Sequence record: NC_027349.1
Length of the DNA: 64,000 nucleotides
Origin: Escherichia phage HY01
Direction: 5' to 3' (one strand)
The notes under the pieces are model-generated. The model saw only the letters and a list, made by a program, of their open reading frames with translations, ran no database searches and was not told the origin of the DNA. The position numbers and the translations under genes were made by a program. The first letter of the stretch is position 1. Each line of letters opens with the position of its first letter. Shown piece after piece: positions 1 through 9,967 of this stretch.

Positions 1-569
1 ACTTCCAGGATCCGATTGATATTCGTGGTGCTCGCTGGGCAGGTGAATCCTTTAAAGCTCTGTTGTTCCAGATTGACAAAGAAGCAGTTGAAATTGCTCG
101 TCAGACCGGTCGCGGCGAAGGTAACTTCATTATCGCTTCCCGTAACGTAGTTAACGTTCTGGCTTCAGTTGATACTGGCATTTCTTATGCTGCACAGGGT
201 CTGGCTACCGGCTTTAACACTGATACTACCAAGTCAGTATTTGCTGGTGTTCTGGGTGGTAAATACCGTGTATATATCGACCAGTATGCTAAACAGGATT
301 ATTTCACTGTAGGTTATAAAGGTCCGAACGAAATGGATGCTGGTATTTACTACGCTCCATATGTAGCTCTGACTCCGCTGCGTGGTTCCGATCCGAAGAA
401 CTTCCAACCAGTAATGGGATTCAAAACTCGTTACGGTATCGGTATCAACCCATTTGCAGAATCCGCTGCTCAGGCTCCGGCTTCTCGCATCCAGAGCGGT
501 ATGCCTTCTATTCTGAATAGCCTTGGTAAAAACGCTTACTTCCGCCGTGTATATGTTAAAGGTATCTAA
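1..569 (+). CDS. 23: Major capsid protein gp23, C-terminal part (5' end lies outside the window)
   Basis: Reading frame open from the window start to TAA at 567-569; C-terminal sequence ...GKNAYFRRVYVKGI matches remembered T4 gp23; followed by a hairpin terminator and the gene 24 late promoter. Confidence 0.9.
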   Translation, partial: FQDPIDIRGARWAGESFKALLFQIDKEAVEIARQTGRGEGNFIIASRNVVNVLASVDTGISYAAQGLATGFNTDTTKSVFAGVLGGKYRVYIDQYAKQDYFTVGYKGPNEMDAGIYYAPYVALTPLRGSDPKNFQPVMGFKTRYGIGINPFAESAAQAPASRIQSGMPSILNSLGKNAYFRRVYVKGI

Positions 570-584
570 TCTTTGACGATTTAA

Positions 585-613
585 GGGACCTTCGGGTCCC
601 TTTAGTTGTTTTT
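585..613 (+). terminator. Rho-independent terminator after gene 23 (GGGACC-TTCG-GGTCCC hairpin plus T-run)
   Basis: Perfect 6-bp stem with UUCG tetraloop at 585-600, then T-rich tract. Confidence 0.6.
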
Positions 614-617
614 ATGG

Positions 618-625
618 TATAAATA
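618..625 (+). promoter_or_regulatory. T4-type late promoter (TATAAATA) for gene 24
   Basis: Exact TATAAATA 28 nt upstream of the gene 24 ATG at 653. Confidence 0.55.
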
Positions 626-652
626 AATCATATAAACCAAAAGGAAAGCGCA

Positions 653-1936
653 ATGGCTAAAATCAACGAACTTCTGCGCGAATCAACCACAACGAATAGC
701 AACTCAATCGGTCGCCCAAATCTCGTTGCTTTGACTCGCGCTACCACTAAATTAATATATTCTGACATTGTAGCAACACAAAGAACTAATCAACCTGTTG
801 CTGCTTTTTATGGTATCAAATACCTTAACCCAGATAACGAATTTACGTTTAAAACTGGTGCTACTTACGCTGGCGAAGCTGGATATGTAGACCGAGAACA
901 AATCACAGAATTAACAGAAGAGTCTAAATTAACTCTCAATAAAGGCGATTTATTCAAATATAATAATATCGTTTATAAAGTATTAGAAGATACACCATTT
1001 GCTACCATTGAAGAAAGCGATTTAGAATTAGCTCTTCAGATTGCAATTGTTCTTTTAAAGGTTCGTCTATTTTCTGACGCAGCGTCAACGAGCAAATTTG
1101 AAAGCTCTGATAGCGAAATTGCTGATGCTAGATTCCAGATTAATAAATGGCAAACCGCAGTTAAATCTCGTAAACTTAAAACTGGCATTACGGTTGAATT
1201 AGCACAAGATTTAGAAGCAAATGGATTCGATGCTCCTAATTTCTTGGAAGATTTGCTTGCAACTGAAATGGCAGATGAAATCAATAAAGATATTCTGCAG
1301 TCTTTGATTACAGTATCAAAACGTTATAAAGTTACAGGAATTACTGATACTGGATTCATTGATTTGAGTTATGCATCTGCACCTGAAGCTGGTCGTTCAT
1401 TATACCGAATGGTGTGTGAAATGGTTTCGCATATCCAAAAAGAATCAACTTATACAGCAACGTTCTGTGTTGCTTCAGCTCGTGCTGCTGCGATTCTTGC
1501 TGCATCAGGTTGGTTAAAACATAAACCAGAAGATGACAAATATCTTTCACAAAATGCCTACGGGTTCTTAGCTAATGGTTTACCGCTTTATTGCGATACT
1601 AACAGCCCATTAGATTATGTAATCGTTGGTGTAGTAGAAAATATCGGTGAAAAAGAAATTGTTGGATCAATTTTCTATGCTCCGTATACAGAAGGTCTTG
1701 ACTTAGATGACCCTGAACATGTAGGTGCATTTAAAGTTGTAGTTGATCCAGAAAGTTTGCAGCCATCTATCGGTTTATTGGTTAGATATGCTTTATCTGC
1801 AAATCCTTACACTGTAGCAAAAGATGAAAAAGAAGCAAGAATAATTGATGGTGGAGACATGGATAAAATGGCGGGTCGTTCAGATTTGTCTGTTTTATTA
1901 GGTGTTAAACTGCCAAAAATTATCGTTGATGAATAA
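653..1936 (+). CDS. 24: Capsid vertex protein gp24
   Basis: 427-aa ORF beginning MAKINELLRE...; paralogue of gp23 in the canonical position downstream of 23. Confidence 0.9.
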   Translation: MAKINELLRESTTTNSNSIGRPNLVALTRATTKLIYSDIVATQRTNQPVAAFYGIKYLNPDNEFTFKTGATYAGEAGYVDREQITELTEESKLTLNKGDLFKYNNIVYKVLEDTPFATIEESDLELALQIAIVLLKVRLFSDAASTSKFESSDSEIADARFQINKWQTAVKSRKLKTGITVELAQDLEANGFDAPNFLEDLLATEMADEINKDILQSLITVSKRYKVTGITDTGFIDLSYASAPEAGRSLYRMVCEMVSHIQKESTYTATFCVASARAAAILAASGWLKHKPEDDKYLSQNAYGFLANGLPLYCDTNSPLDYVIVGVVENIGEKEIVGSIFYAPYTEGLDLDDPEHVGAFKVVVDPESLQPSIGLLVRYALSANPYTVAKDEKEARIIDGGDMDKMAGRSDLSVLLGVKLPKIIVDE

Positions 1937-1942
1937 AACAAA

Positions 1943-1967
1943 GGGACCGAAAGGTCCCTTTTTATTT
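1943..1967. terminator. Bidirectional hairpin terminator between gene 24 and rnlB
   Basis: GGGACCGAAAGGTCCC hairpin (1943-1958) flanked by an A-run on one side and a T-run on the other. Confidence 0.55.
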
Positions 1968-2970
1968 AACTTACCAATTCAATCCAAGCCGGACGAAGTA
2001 CATCTTGTACCATTTTAACTAATTCCTTCTTAATCAAAGAAGGATTATCCGCTTGAGTTAGAGTAATACCTTCACGAGAAGTTTCTTCCAAAATATCTTG
2101 AACAGTTAGTCCCATCACCTTTCCAAAATCTTTTGGACCAATTTCGCCAATTTTAGAAATAACGTTATTTACTCGGTTCAGTGTAACGTAGCAAGCTAAA
2201 ATTCCCAGCAATTTATTATCAGCTTCTGACAACTCAACTTTAGCTTTAATAGGTTTATCAGACTTTTTCTTTTCACTAAATTTAGAGTTCTTGCATTTGA
2301 TGGCTACGCGATTGCCATTAGGCATCCAAGAAGGATAACAAGGTTTTAATACATATCCTTCAGCGGTAAATACTTCGCCTTTTGCTTCGGCATTCCAAAC
2401 GCATTTATTTGCATCAACTAATCCAGCATGGTCTACTGTAAAATTATAATCTTGGACAACAGAATCTAAATCGTTTGGCAATTTAATAAGCTCTTCAAAT
2501 TTACCGCGACCTAAAAGTGGAGCCATTTTAAATTTAAATGTATTACAGAATGATTCCATCATATAATCATCGACATAAGTCACATCACCGCTTTCGGTAG
2601 TAACAATAATGTCAAATACATAAAAATCTTTATCGCCATAATCGACATTCTTCTGAATGCCAGGTCCAGCAAATTCACCGAAGACTTGATAAGATACAAC
2701 TGCTGAAGTTTCCATAATATCTTGTACTGCTTTAATGGAATCAGCGTAATTCTTTAGAATAATTTCATACCCAAAGAAATCTTCAGCAGGAAGAATAGGA
2801 CCAGTACGTTTAGCACAAGTTGCTTTATCGCGTTCAATAATCAGTGAGAAATTTGTGCCATGAATCTTTTCACGAGCTACCCATTCGCCACCAGTCAATC
2901 CTAAACTGTAGAGTTTTTCAATGAATTTAGAATTGTAATGATTTTCAAGACTGCTATACTTTTTAAACAT
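1966..2970 (-). CDS. rnlB: RNA ligase 2 (Rnl2)
   Basis: 334 aa; nucleotidyltransferase motif I KIHGTN present; matches remembered T4 Rnl2 length and N-terminus. Confidence 0.9.
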   Translation of the reverse strand: MFKKYSSLENHYNSKFIEKLYSLGLTGGEWVAREKIHGTNFSLIIERDKATCAKRTGPILPAEDFFGYEIILKNYADSIKAVQDIMETSAVVSYQVFGEFAGPGIQKNVDYGDKDFYVFDIIVTTESGDVTYVDDYMMESFCNTFKFKMAPLLGRGKFEELIKLPNDLDSVVQDYNFTVDHAGLVDANKCVWNAEAKGEVFTAEGYVLKPCYPSWMPNGNRVAIKCKNSKFSEKKKSDKPIKAKVELSEADNKLLGILACYVTLNRVNNVISKIGEIGPKDFGKVMGLTVQDILEETSREGITLTQADNPSLIKKELVKMVQDVLRPAWIELVS

Positions 2971-2979
2971 AATTAATCC

Positions 2980-3258
2980 TCAAAATGTAATTTCTAACCA
3001 ATCACCATCACGCTGATCACTATTGACTTTAAAGCTAAATCCTTCTTTTCTCAGCCAATCACCAATTTCTTCAGTAATCAATTTATCGCGAGCAGTACAA
3101 TAATAACTAAAATATGTTTTACCTTGTTCAGCTGCTTTATTAGCAAGTTCCGAAAAATCTTTAATAAAACACTCTAGTTTAAACTGTTTACTTTTAAGTG
3201 CTTTTTCGCGTAATTGATTAGCGAAAGATTCATTTTCATAAAGATCATACTGTTCCAT
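2980..3258 (-). CDS. Hypothetical protein (position of T4 24.2)
   Basis: 92-aa ORF with ATG start, coupled to neighbouring ORFs. Confidence 0.6.
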   Translation of the reverse strand: MEQYDLYENESFANQLREKALKSKQFKLECFIKDFSELANKAAEQGKTYFSYYCTARDKLITEEIGDWLRKEGFSFKVNSDQRDGDWLEITF

Positions 3259-3460
3259 TTTTCACCTTTTTATTAATATGTCTTTTTCTATAGACAACTT
3301 TTTCTCGAGTCTCAAATTTATTCTTAGCAGTCATAGCTCGAGCCCATAATACAGCCACTTCTTTCGCCTGCAAGTTCAATTCACGAGCAATTTCAATGAA
3401 TGACTTTCCAGACTCATGAAGAGTAAACACCACAACCTCAGTTCTCATAATCAATCTCAT
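3245..3460 (-). CDS. Hypothetical small protein with helix-turn-helix-like segment (position of T4 24.3)
   Basis: 71-aa ORF; KSFIEIARELNLQAKEV resembles an HTH; alternative in-frame ATG at 3448. Confidence 0.5.
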   Translation of the reverse strand: MRLIMRTEVVVFTLHESGKSFIEIARELNLQAKEVAVLWARAMTAKNKFETREKVVYRKRHINKKVKNGTV

Positions 3461-3519
3461 GTTATCGAGTTGATGCCATTATATACAACGTTTTCTGATT
3501 GTGTTTTGCGTGCTTTCAA

Positions 3520-3543
3520 AATGAAGAAAGGGGCCGAAGCCCC
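3520..3543 (-). terminator. Hairpin terminator downstream of hoc (GGGGC-CGAA-GCCCC)
   Basis: Stem-loop at 3530-3543 followed on the minus strand by a U-rich tract. Confidence 0.5.
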
Positions 3544-3548
3544 TGATA

Positions 3549-4679
3549 TTATGGATAGGTATAGATGATACCAGTTTCTAAAGCAGTTTTATGAATGATG
3601 TATCCATTACGCGATTCTTGAACATCAACTTCTGGATAGTCTTTCATCATCTTCTGAAGAGTGTAACGATGCAAGTAGTACTTACTATCTGGGTCGTCAG
3701 TTTTCCAGTCTTTACCTTCTTCAGTCATTTTTTGGATTTCATCCATAACCCACCAACCGCACCAGATATAAGCTGAAGTACGATGTGGAAGAGGATGAAC
3801 ATAAGGTAATTCACCTTCTGGTTCCGGAGCAACTTTATCAGTTACCTGAACTTGACCTTCTGCTGTGATAGTTTTGCTATCATAATCAGTAGCGGTAACA
3901 GTTGCAGTAACTTCAATAGTTTGACTTCCAACAGATGAGGTATCGACAGTATATACGTTAGTTGACCCTTCTACAGGAGAAGAATCTTTCTTCCACGAGT
4001 AAGTAATTTGTGCTGCCTCAGGTGCGCCAGTAACATTAGCAGTAAATGTAGCCGAAGCATCTTGCTGAACATTAATAGAAGGAGGAGTCAATGTAACCTG
4101 TGGATTCATTGTCTTCTTATTAACAGTCAGTGATACTTCATTAGAAGTAACGCTCAGTGCATCATAATCTGCCGCGGTTACTTGAGCTACACACTTAATT
4201 TTTTTAACTCCGCTTGTAGTAGGAGTGTAATTGAATGTAGCACTAGTTGCTTCGCTCACAGGAGAACCATCTACATGCCACTGATACGTAGCAGATGCGC
4301 CTGATGGTTGAGAAGCTAAGGCAGCAGTAAATTGAACTGGGGTTCCAATTACTCCAGCAGCAGGACTAGCAGGAGTTACAGCTAAGGTAGTTGTCTGTGT
4401 CTTGTTTTGAACTGTGATAGTTGTAGTAGCTTCTGCTGTTTCAGCATCAGTATCTGGAACTGTGTTTGTTGCAACTACTTTAATAGTCTTTTGACCAGCA
4501 GGTCCTTTTAGTACATAACTAAAAGTTGCTTCAGTTCCATCTTGCGGAACATCGTCTACAGTCCAAGCATAGGTAATAGTTCCACCTCCAGTTTCACCAC
4601 TGGGTGTAGCAGTAAACTGCTGAGTCTGATCTATAACTCCAGTAGGGGTTTTAGGAGTTATATCAACTGTAAAAGCCAT
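3549..4679 (-). CDS. hoc: Hoc, highly immunogenic outer capsid decoration protein (Ig-like repeats)
   Basis: 376 aa, T/S/V-rich repetitive Ig-like sequence, C-terminal capsid-binding region; same length as T4 Hoc. Confidence 0.85.
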   Translation of the reverse strand: MAFTVDITPKTPTGVIDQTQQFTATPSGETGGGTITYAWTVDDVPQDGTEATFSYVLKGPAGQKTIKVVATNTVPDTDAETAEATTTITVQNKTQTTTLAVTPASPAAGVIGTPVQFTAALASQPSGASATYQWHVDGSPVSEATSATFNYTPTTSGVKKIKCVAQVTAADYDALSVTSNEVSLTVNKKTMNPQVTLTPPSINVQQDASATFTANVTGAPEAAQITYSWKKDSSPVEGSTNVYTVDTSSVGSQTIEVTATVTATDYDSKTITAEGQVQVTDKVAPEPEGELPYVHPLPHRTSAYIWCGWWVMDEIQKMTEEGKDWKTDDPDSKYYLHRYTLQKMMKDYPEVDVQESRNGYIIHKTALETGIIYTYP

Positions 4680-4688
4680 AAGTTATCC

Positions 4689-5369
4689 TTATTTTAATGT
4701 TACGAAAGAAGAGTTGCGTGTTTCACGAATTAGAACTGATCCGTCACGGTTAATGTAGTAAATTAAGCTAAATAAAGTTTGGTGTGCCGACGCGTGTTCA
4801 AAACTAGTTGGGTGAGATTTCCAATCCGGAGTTTCAGCAATCCACTGGTAAATCCACCAAGGAACAGTGCAGAATCCTGGATTTTTTCCAATCAGCTGAA
4901 GATTCGGACTAAAGTTTTCCGGAAGAGTAAATACAGACGGCTTTTCAGATTCAATAATCTCAGCTACGGCCTGCTCGAATTTTTCTTCAACAAAAGGAGT
5001 ATCTTCAATCAAAACATCGGTATTTTCAGGAATTTTATCCTTTTCTACTACTTCAATTTTAATGTCAGATTTAACCGGAGAATCAATCAGAAGTGCTGCT
5101 TCTGGATTGACTTCTTCATCGTCATATTTTAATCCTTCTGCAGCATCAGCAGCATTAATTAAGTCTTTAATAGATAACCCATCAGTCTCTGGCATAGGTT
5201 CACTAGCGAGCTTCTGGAGGGCTTCTTCAATATCAACAACGATATTATCAAAAGATTTATTCTTTTTGACCTTTATACCAAACTGTTCAGCATATTCAGC
5301 TAATTTAGCTTTAGCTTCTTTATTATCATCAAGAGCCTTCAGCTCTGCAATATAATCTTTATCTATCAT
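4689..5369 (-). CDS. inh: Inh, inhibitor of prohead protease gp21
   Basis: 226-aa ORF in the conserved position between hoc and uvsW. Confidence 0.75.
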   Translation of the reverse strand: MIDKDYIAELKALDDNKEAKAKLAEYAEQFGIKVKKNKSFDNIVVDIEEALQKLASEPMPETDGLSIKDLINAADAAEGLKYDDEEVNPEAALLIDSPVKSDIKIEVVEKDKIPENTDVLIEDTPFVEEKFEQAVAEIIESEKPSVFTLPENFSPNLQLIGKNPGFCTVPWWIYQWIAETPDWKSHPTSFEHASAHQTLFSLIYYINRDGSVLIRETRNSSFVTLK

Positions 5370-5382
5370 AATATTTCCTCAG

Positions 5383-5390
5383 TATAAATA
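5383..5390 (+). promoter_or_regulatory. Late promoter TATAAATA upstream of uvsW
   Basis: Exact TATAAATA 30 nt upstream of the uvsW ATG. Confidence 0.55.
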
Positions 5391-5419
5391 TAGATATATT
5401 TATTACATGGTATTTAGAC

Positions 5420-6931
5420 ATGACTGACATTAAAGTACATTTTTATGATTTTAGTCACGTGAGAATTGATTGTGAAGAAAGTACATTTCATGAACTCCGT
5501 GATTTCTTTAGCTTTGAAGCTGATGGGTATCGTTTTAATCCGAAGTACAAATATGGTCATTGGGATGGGCGAATCCGTCTTTTAGATTATAATCGACTTC
5601 TTCCATTCGGCTTAGTCGGGCAAATTAAAAAGTTCTGTGATAACTTTGGCTATAAAGCCTGGATTGACCCGCAGATTAACGAAAAAGAAGAATTATCAAG
5701 AAAAGATTTTGATGAATGGCTTTCTAAATTAGAAATCTATTCAGGAAATAAAAGAATTGAACCGCACTGGTATCAAAAAGATGCAGTGTTCGAAGGATTA
5801 GTTAATCGTCGTAGAATTCTTAATCTTCCAACATCCGCAGGTAAATCTTTAATTCAAGCTTTGCTTGCACGTTATTATTTGGAAAATTATGAAGGTAAAA
5901 TTCTTATCATTGTTCCAACAACTGCTCTGACAACTCAGATGGCTGATGACTTTGTTGACTATCGTTTATTCAGTCATGCAATGATAAAGAAAATCGGTGG
6001 TGGAGCATCAAAAGATGATAAATATAAAAATGATGCACCAGTAATTGTTGGTACATGGCAAACTGTAGTAAAACAACCAAAAGAATGGTTCTCGCAGTTT
6101 GGAATGATGATGAACGATGAATGCCATCTTGCCACAGGAAAAAGTATTTCATCTATCATATCAGGTTTAAATAACTGCATGTTCAAATTTGGTCTATCGG
6201 GTTCATTACGTGATGGCAAAGCTAATATCATGCAGTATGTTGGAATGTTTGGTGAAATATTTAAGCCAGTAACGACTTCTAAATTAATGGAAGATGGACA
6301 AGTAACTGAGTTAAAAATTAATAGTATTTTTCTTCGCTATCCTGATGAGTTCACTACTAAATTAAAGGGAAAAACTTACCAAGAAGAAATAAAAATTATT
6401 ACTGGGCTCAGTAAAAGAAATAAATGGATCGCTAAATTAGCTATTAAGCTTGCGCAAAAAGATGAAAACGCTTTTGTCATGTTTAAACATGTATCACATG
6501 GTAAAGCTATTTTCGATTTAATTAAAAATGAATACGATAAAGTTTATTACGTATCAGGGGAAGTTGATACCGAAACCCGCAATGTAATGAAAACCTTAGC
6601 TGAAAATGGTAAAGGAATAATTATAGTAGCTAGTTATGGTGTATTTTCTACTGGTATTTCAGTTAAAAATCTGCATCATGTTGTTTTAGCGCACGGTGTT
6701 AAATCTAAAATTATTGTATTGCAAACAATAGGTCGCGTATTACGTAAGCATGGTTCTAAAACAATCGCAACAGTCTGGGACCTCATAGATGATTGCGGTG
6801 TTAAGCCAAAATCTGCTAATACGAAAAAGAAATACGTTCATTTGAACTATCTTTTAAAACACGGCATTGATCGTATTCAGCGCTACGCAGATGAAAAATT
6901 TAATTACGTAATGAAAACAGTTAATTTATAA
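5420..6931 (+). CDS. uvsW: UvsW, SF2 DNA/RNA helicase for recombination and repair
   Basis: 503 aa; Walker A PTSAGKS and DECH box; near-identical to remembered T4 UvsW. Confidence 0.95.
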   Translation: MTDIKVHFYDFSHVRIDCEESTFHELRDFFSFEADGYRFNPKYKYGHWDGRIRLLDYNRLLPFGLVGQIKKFCDNFGYKAWIDPQINEKEELSRKDFDEWLSKLEIYSGNKRIEPHWYQKDAVFEGLVNRRRILNLPTSAGKSLIQALLARYYLENYEGKILIIVPTTALTTQMADDFVDYRLFSHAMIKKIGGGASKDDKYKNDAPVIVGTWQTVVKQPKEWFSQFGMMMNDECHLATGKSISSIISGLNNCMFKFGLSGSLRDGKANIMQYVGMFGEIFKPVTTSKLMEDGQVTELKINSIFLRYPDEFTTKLKGKTYQEEIKIITGLSKRNKWIAKLAIKLAQKDENAFVMFKHVSHGKAIFDLIKNEYDKVYYVSGEVDTETRNVMKTLAENGKGIIIVASYGVFSTGISVKNLHHVVLAHGVKSKIIVLQTIGRVLRKHGSKTIATVWDLIDDCGVKPKSANTKKKYVHLNYLLKHGIDRIQRYADEKFNYVMKTVNL

Positions 6932-6956
6932 GGGCTTCGGCCCTTTGGAGAAAAAG

Positions 6957-7187
6957 ATGTTACTAGAATTTAAACAATTTCTTTATGAAGCTTCTATTGA
7001 TGAATTTATGGGTAAAATTGCATCATGCCAAACATTAGAAGGTCTAGAAGAACTTGAAGCTTATTATAAGAAAAGAGTTAAAGAAACTGAATTAAAAGAT
7101 ACTGATGACATCTCTGTGAGAGATGCTTTGGCAGGAAAAAGAGCTGAATTAGAAGATTCAGACGATGAAGTAGAAGAAAGCTTTTAA
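6957..7187 (+). CDS. uvsW.1: UvsW.1 small acidic protein
   Basis: Track start at 6945 is TTG; in-frame ATG at 6957 with GGAG Shine-Dalgarno gives 76 aa, the T4 UvsW.1 length. Confidence 0.8.
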   Translation: MLLEFKQFLYEASIDEFMGKIASCQTLEGLEELEAYYKKRVKETELKDTDDISVRDALAGKRAELEDSDDEVEESF

Positions 7188-7242
7188 ATTAAAAAAGGCC
7201 CAACCAAAAAGGAAGGGCCAAAACTATAGACTAAAGGTCACA

Positions 7243-7410
7243 CTATAGCAAAAGTTGTGTTTCATTTAATTGTTCTTCCGAACTTTCTGAAACTGGTAGT
7301 TCTTTAATGTAATTATAACAAGGCCCAGGATGTACAGGACCTTTGTCTGTTTCAACAACCAATGCAGAATCGATTGGAGTTTTACAGACAACACAAATCT
7401 TATCTGACAT
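7243..7410 (-). CDS. uvsY.-2: Small Cys-containing protein (position of T4 uvsY.-2), 55 aa
   Basis: Not in the ORF track (<60 aa); hand translation MSDKICVVCKTPIDSALVVETDKGPVHPGPCYNY... with AGGAG Shine-Dalgarno 7 nt upstream. Confidence 0.6.
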   Translation of the reverse strand: MSDKICVVCKTPIDSALVVETDKGPVHPGPCYNYIKELPVSESSEEQLNETQLLL

Positions 7411-7438
7411 GATTGTCTCCTCTAAATTATATATCTAT

Positions 7439-7663
7439 TTATATAACTCTCATATGCATATCAATGCCCATATCTTTAGAATAAAAATATTCATCAAGAT
7501 ATCCGGCAAATTTTCCTTTAATATAAAGGACATCTTCACCGCATGGATGGTCGGCCAGGATACGAATATCCTGACGCTTGAGATTATACTTTTTCATTAA
7601 GAATTGAATTTCCGTTTCGAATTCTTCTTCATAATTAAAAGCATCATCAATGCTATATTTCAT
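7439..7663 (-). CDS. uvsY.-1: Hypothetical protein (position of T4 uvsY.-1)
   Basis: 74-aa ORF, stop overlaps the uvsY start region. Confidence 0.65.
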   Translation of the reverse strand: MKYSIDDAFNYEEEFETEIQFLMKKYNLKRQDIRILADHPCGEDVLYIKGKFAGYLDEYFYSKDMGIDMHMRVI

Positions 7664-8076
7664 TATTTTCCAGCCTCAAATGCTCGCATGTCTTGAATAT
7701 GCTTAATAGCAAATCCACGTGATTTTATAGCATCAAGAGCTCCGCTACAGAAATCCAATAAAATTCCCCAATATTGTAATGAAGTATCAACTTTTAAAAC
7801 ATCCTTATCAGCTGATAGAACTGTCTTCATTTCTGATTTCTCATAACGATCCATACTAAATTCATCACCATCTCCTCGTCCCGAGTAGTAGTCTAATTTA
7901 GCTTTAAGAGCAACTTTTTTCTGTGCGTCAATTCTAAGCATTTCCTTTTTAATACTTGAATGCTTATTAAGCCATTTACTATATAACATCACATTATTAG
8001 CTGCTTCATACTGTAATTTAGTCGAATCTATAAACACATCTTTCTTCAATTCTTCTTGAAGATCTTCTAATTTCAT
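7663..8076 (-). CDS. uvsY: UvsY recombination mediator
   Basis: 137 aa, same as T4 UvsY; N-terminus MKLEDLQEELKKD. Confidence 0.9.
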   Translation of the reverse strand: MKLEDLQEELKKDVFIDSTKLQYEAANNVMLYSKWLNKHSSIKKEMLRIDAQKKVALKAKLDYYSGRGDGDEFSMDRYEKSEMKTVLSADKDVLKVDTSLQYWGILLDFCSGALDAIKSRGFAIKHIQDMRAFEAGK

Positions 8077-8116
8077 ATTGTTCTCTATTCAATTGTTATT
8101 GGATGGACTTAGATTC

Positions 8117-8142
8117 ATTATACCACGTTTATACGTGAAGCA
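8117..8142 (-). promoter_or_regulatory. MotA-dependent middle promoter for uvsY (MotA box TGCTTCA, 13-nt spacer, TATAAT)
   Basis: Minus-strand reading aaTGCTTCA-N13-TATAAT with the box centred about -30 relative to the -10 element. Confidence 0.5.
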
Positions 8143-8541
8143 TTATACTCTATTACTGGAAGCCAGCTGTAGTTTTATCTGCTCAATATCATCAGGGTTA
8201 TCGATGACCGAAAAGCGTATTTCTACTATCAGAGTATAATCATCATAAACTGGTATTACATTAACTGCTAATTTATCAATACGTGGCTCGTAGTTTCTTA
8301 CTGCGCTTTCAATGTTACGCTCAACAGTATCAGCAGTAAGAGGAGTCATATTCTCAAAAAGCTGATCAGATAAATCGCATCCAAATTCTGGGTCAAATGG
8401 CCTTGACCCTTTTCTGGTTGTAATAATTCCTAAAAGACTATTTTTAATTGACCTTAATCCAAGAGACCTGGAAACGTCTTTGTCCCAATCCATTTTCATT
8501 TCTGGGTCAATGTCAGAATAAAGCTTATTAATATTTGCCAT
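8143..8541 (-). CDS. 25: Baseplate wedge protein gp25
   Basis: 132 aa, conserved position and length. Confidence 0.85.
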   Translation of the reverse strand: MANINKLYSDIDPEMKMDWDKDVSRSLGLRSIKNSLLGIITTRKGSRPFDPEFGCDLSDQLFENMTPLTADTVERNIESAVRNYEPRIDKLAVNVIPVYDDYTLIVEIRFSVIDNPDDIEQIKLQLASSNRV

Positions 8542-9167
8542 TACAATAGCTCAAAGAATTCTTTGAGTCCTCTTATTACATGAGCGTGAGTTTTTCCACA
8601 CTCTGGACACTTAATTGGAACAGCCAAATAAACAGTAGGCTTTAAAAGCATATCTTTTATAGCTACAATATCTGACTCTGTGATGATAGAATATAAATCT
8701 TCCAGTTCTTTTTCATTTAAGTCTTCAACTGGAATGCTTTCACCGTTAGCATGAATCGTTTCTATACATGATACTATCATGTGGGCTATATTTTTATCAT
8801 CAAAAATTTTAGGGTAATGGAACTTAATTTTAATGTCACCCAGTGTATACCAGAGGTCTTCTGGTGCATCTATTTGTGTATGTAATAGATTTATATGAGT
8901 TGGTATTTCAGTTCCACAGGTGCACTTCCAGGAGTTTTCGTGATTAACTTCTCCAAGAGAATGTGCCCATAAATGAATCAGCAGTAGTTCTGATTCTTGG
9001 CGGTTTAAATCTTTTGCATTTGTGCAGTCTTTAATTAGCTTTTTAACGATCTCTTCTACTGAACCGTTCTTTTTAGCAGTAATAAGTTCTAGATATTCTT
9101 TAAGAGTAAATGCGCGACAGTTGATTATTTTAGAACCAACTCTCACATCAAATTTGTATTCATACAT
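8541..9167 (-). CDS. 26: Baseplate hub protein gp26
   Basis: 208 aa, conserved position and length. Confidence 0.8.
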   Translation of the reverse strand: MYEYKFDVRVGSKIINCRAFTLKEYLELITAKKNGSVEEIVKKLIKDCTNAKDLNRQESELLLIHLWAHSLGEVNHENSWKCTCGTEIPTHINLLHTQIDAPEDLWYTLGDIKIKFHYPKIFDDKNIAHMIVSCIETIHANGESIPVEDLNEKELEDLYSIITESDIVAIKDMLLKPTVYLAVPIKCPECGKTHAHVIRGLKEFFELL

Positions 9168-9188
9168 ATTTAGCTCCTTTATTTATCA

Positions 9189-9200
9189 TATTTATAAATA
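9189..9200. promoter_or_regulatory. Overlapping divergent late promoters (TATTTATAAATA) for genes 26 and 51
   Basis: TATAAATA on the plus strand at 9193-9200 and on the minus strand at 9189-9196 share a palindromic core. Confidence 0.5.
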
Positions 9201-9217
9201 GAATAAAAGGAGCATCT

Positions 9218-9967
9218 ATGGCAAACATTATTCGTTGTAAATTACCAGATGGTGTTCATCGTTTTAAACCATTTACGGTAGAAGATTATCGAGATTTTTT
9301 GTTAGTTCGAAACGATATAGAACATCGGTCACCACAAGAACAAAAAGAAATAATTGCTGATTTAATTGCCGATTATTTTGGAGACTATCCGAAGACTTGG
9401 CAACCATTTATATTTTTACAGGTATTTGTAGGGTCAATAGGCAAAACTAAAGTACCGGTCACATTTGTATGCCCAAAATGTAAAAAAGAAAAGACAGTTC
9501 CATTTGAAATATATCAAAAAGAATTAAAGGAACCTATTTTTGACGTAGCTAATGTTAGAATTAAATTAAATTTTCCTTCTGAGTTTTATGAAAATAAAGC
9601 AAAGATGATTACTGAAAATATTCATTCTGTTCAAGTAGATGAAATATGGTATGATTGGAAGGAAATTAGTGAATCAAGTCAAATAGAACTTGTTGACGCC
9701 ATTGAGATAGAAACATTAGAAAAAATTCTCGATGCAATGAATCCTATTAATTTAACACTGCATATGTCGTGTTGTAATAAGTATGTAAAAAAATACACTG
9801 ATATAGTAGATGTGTTTAAGCTATTAGTTAATCCAGATGAGATATTTACTTTTTATCAAATTAATCACACACTTGTAAAAAGTAATTATAGCTTAAATTC
9901 AATAATGAAAATGATTCCTGCTGAGCGCGGATTCGTATTAAAACTGATTGAGAAGGATAAACAATAA
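9218..9967 (+). CDS. 51: Baseplate hub assembly catalyst gp51
   Basis: 249 aa, conserved position. Confidence 0.8.
   Translation: MANIIRCKLPDGVHRFKPFTVEDYRDFLLVRNDIEHRSPQEQKEIIADLIADYFGDYPKTWQPFIFLQVFVGSIGKTKVPVTFVCPKCKKEKTVPFEIYQKELKEPIFDVANVRIKLNFPSEFYENKAKMITENIHSVQVDEIWYDWKEISESSQIELVDAIEIETLEKILDAMNPINLTLHMSCCNKYVKKYTDIVDVFKLLVNPDEIFTFYQINHTLVKSNYSLNSIMKMIPAERGFVLKLIEKDKQ

Noticed and set aside
1036-1284. Antisense ORFs inside well-supported genes (for example 1036-1284, 1356-1550, 4779-5132, 5970-6231, 12011-12193, 22910-23197, 46978-47211, 52458-52652, 53247-53510)
   Set aside because: Each lies wholly within and opposite a gene with strong homology support, and none has a convincing ribosome-binding site; they are most likely chance open frames in AT-rich sequence.
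7343-7600. Plus-strand 85-aa ORF across the uvsY.-2 / uvsY.-1 region
   Set aside because: It overlaps two minus-strand ORFs that have Shine-Dalgarno sites and the conserved T4 arrangement; no promoter or ribosome-binding site supports it.
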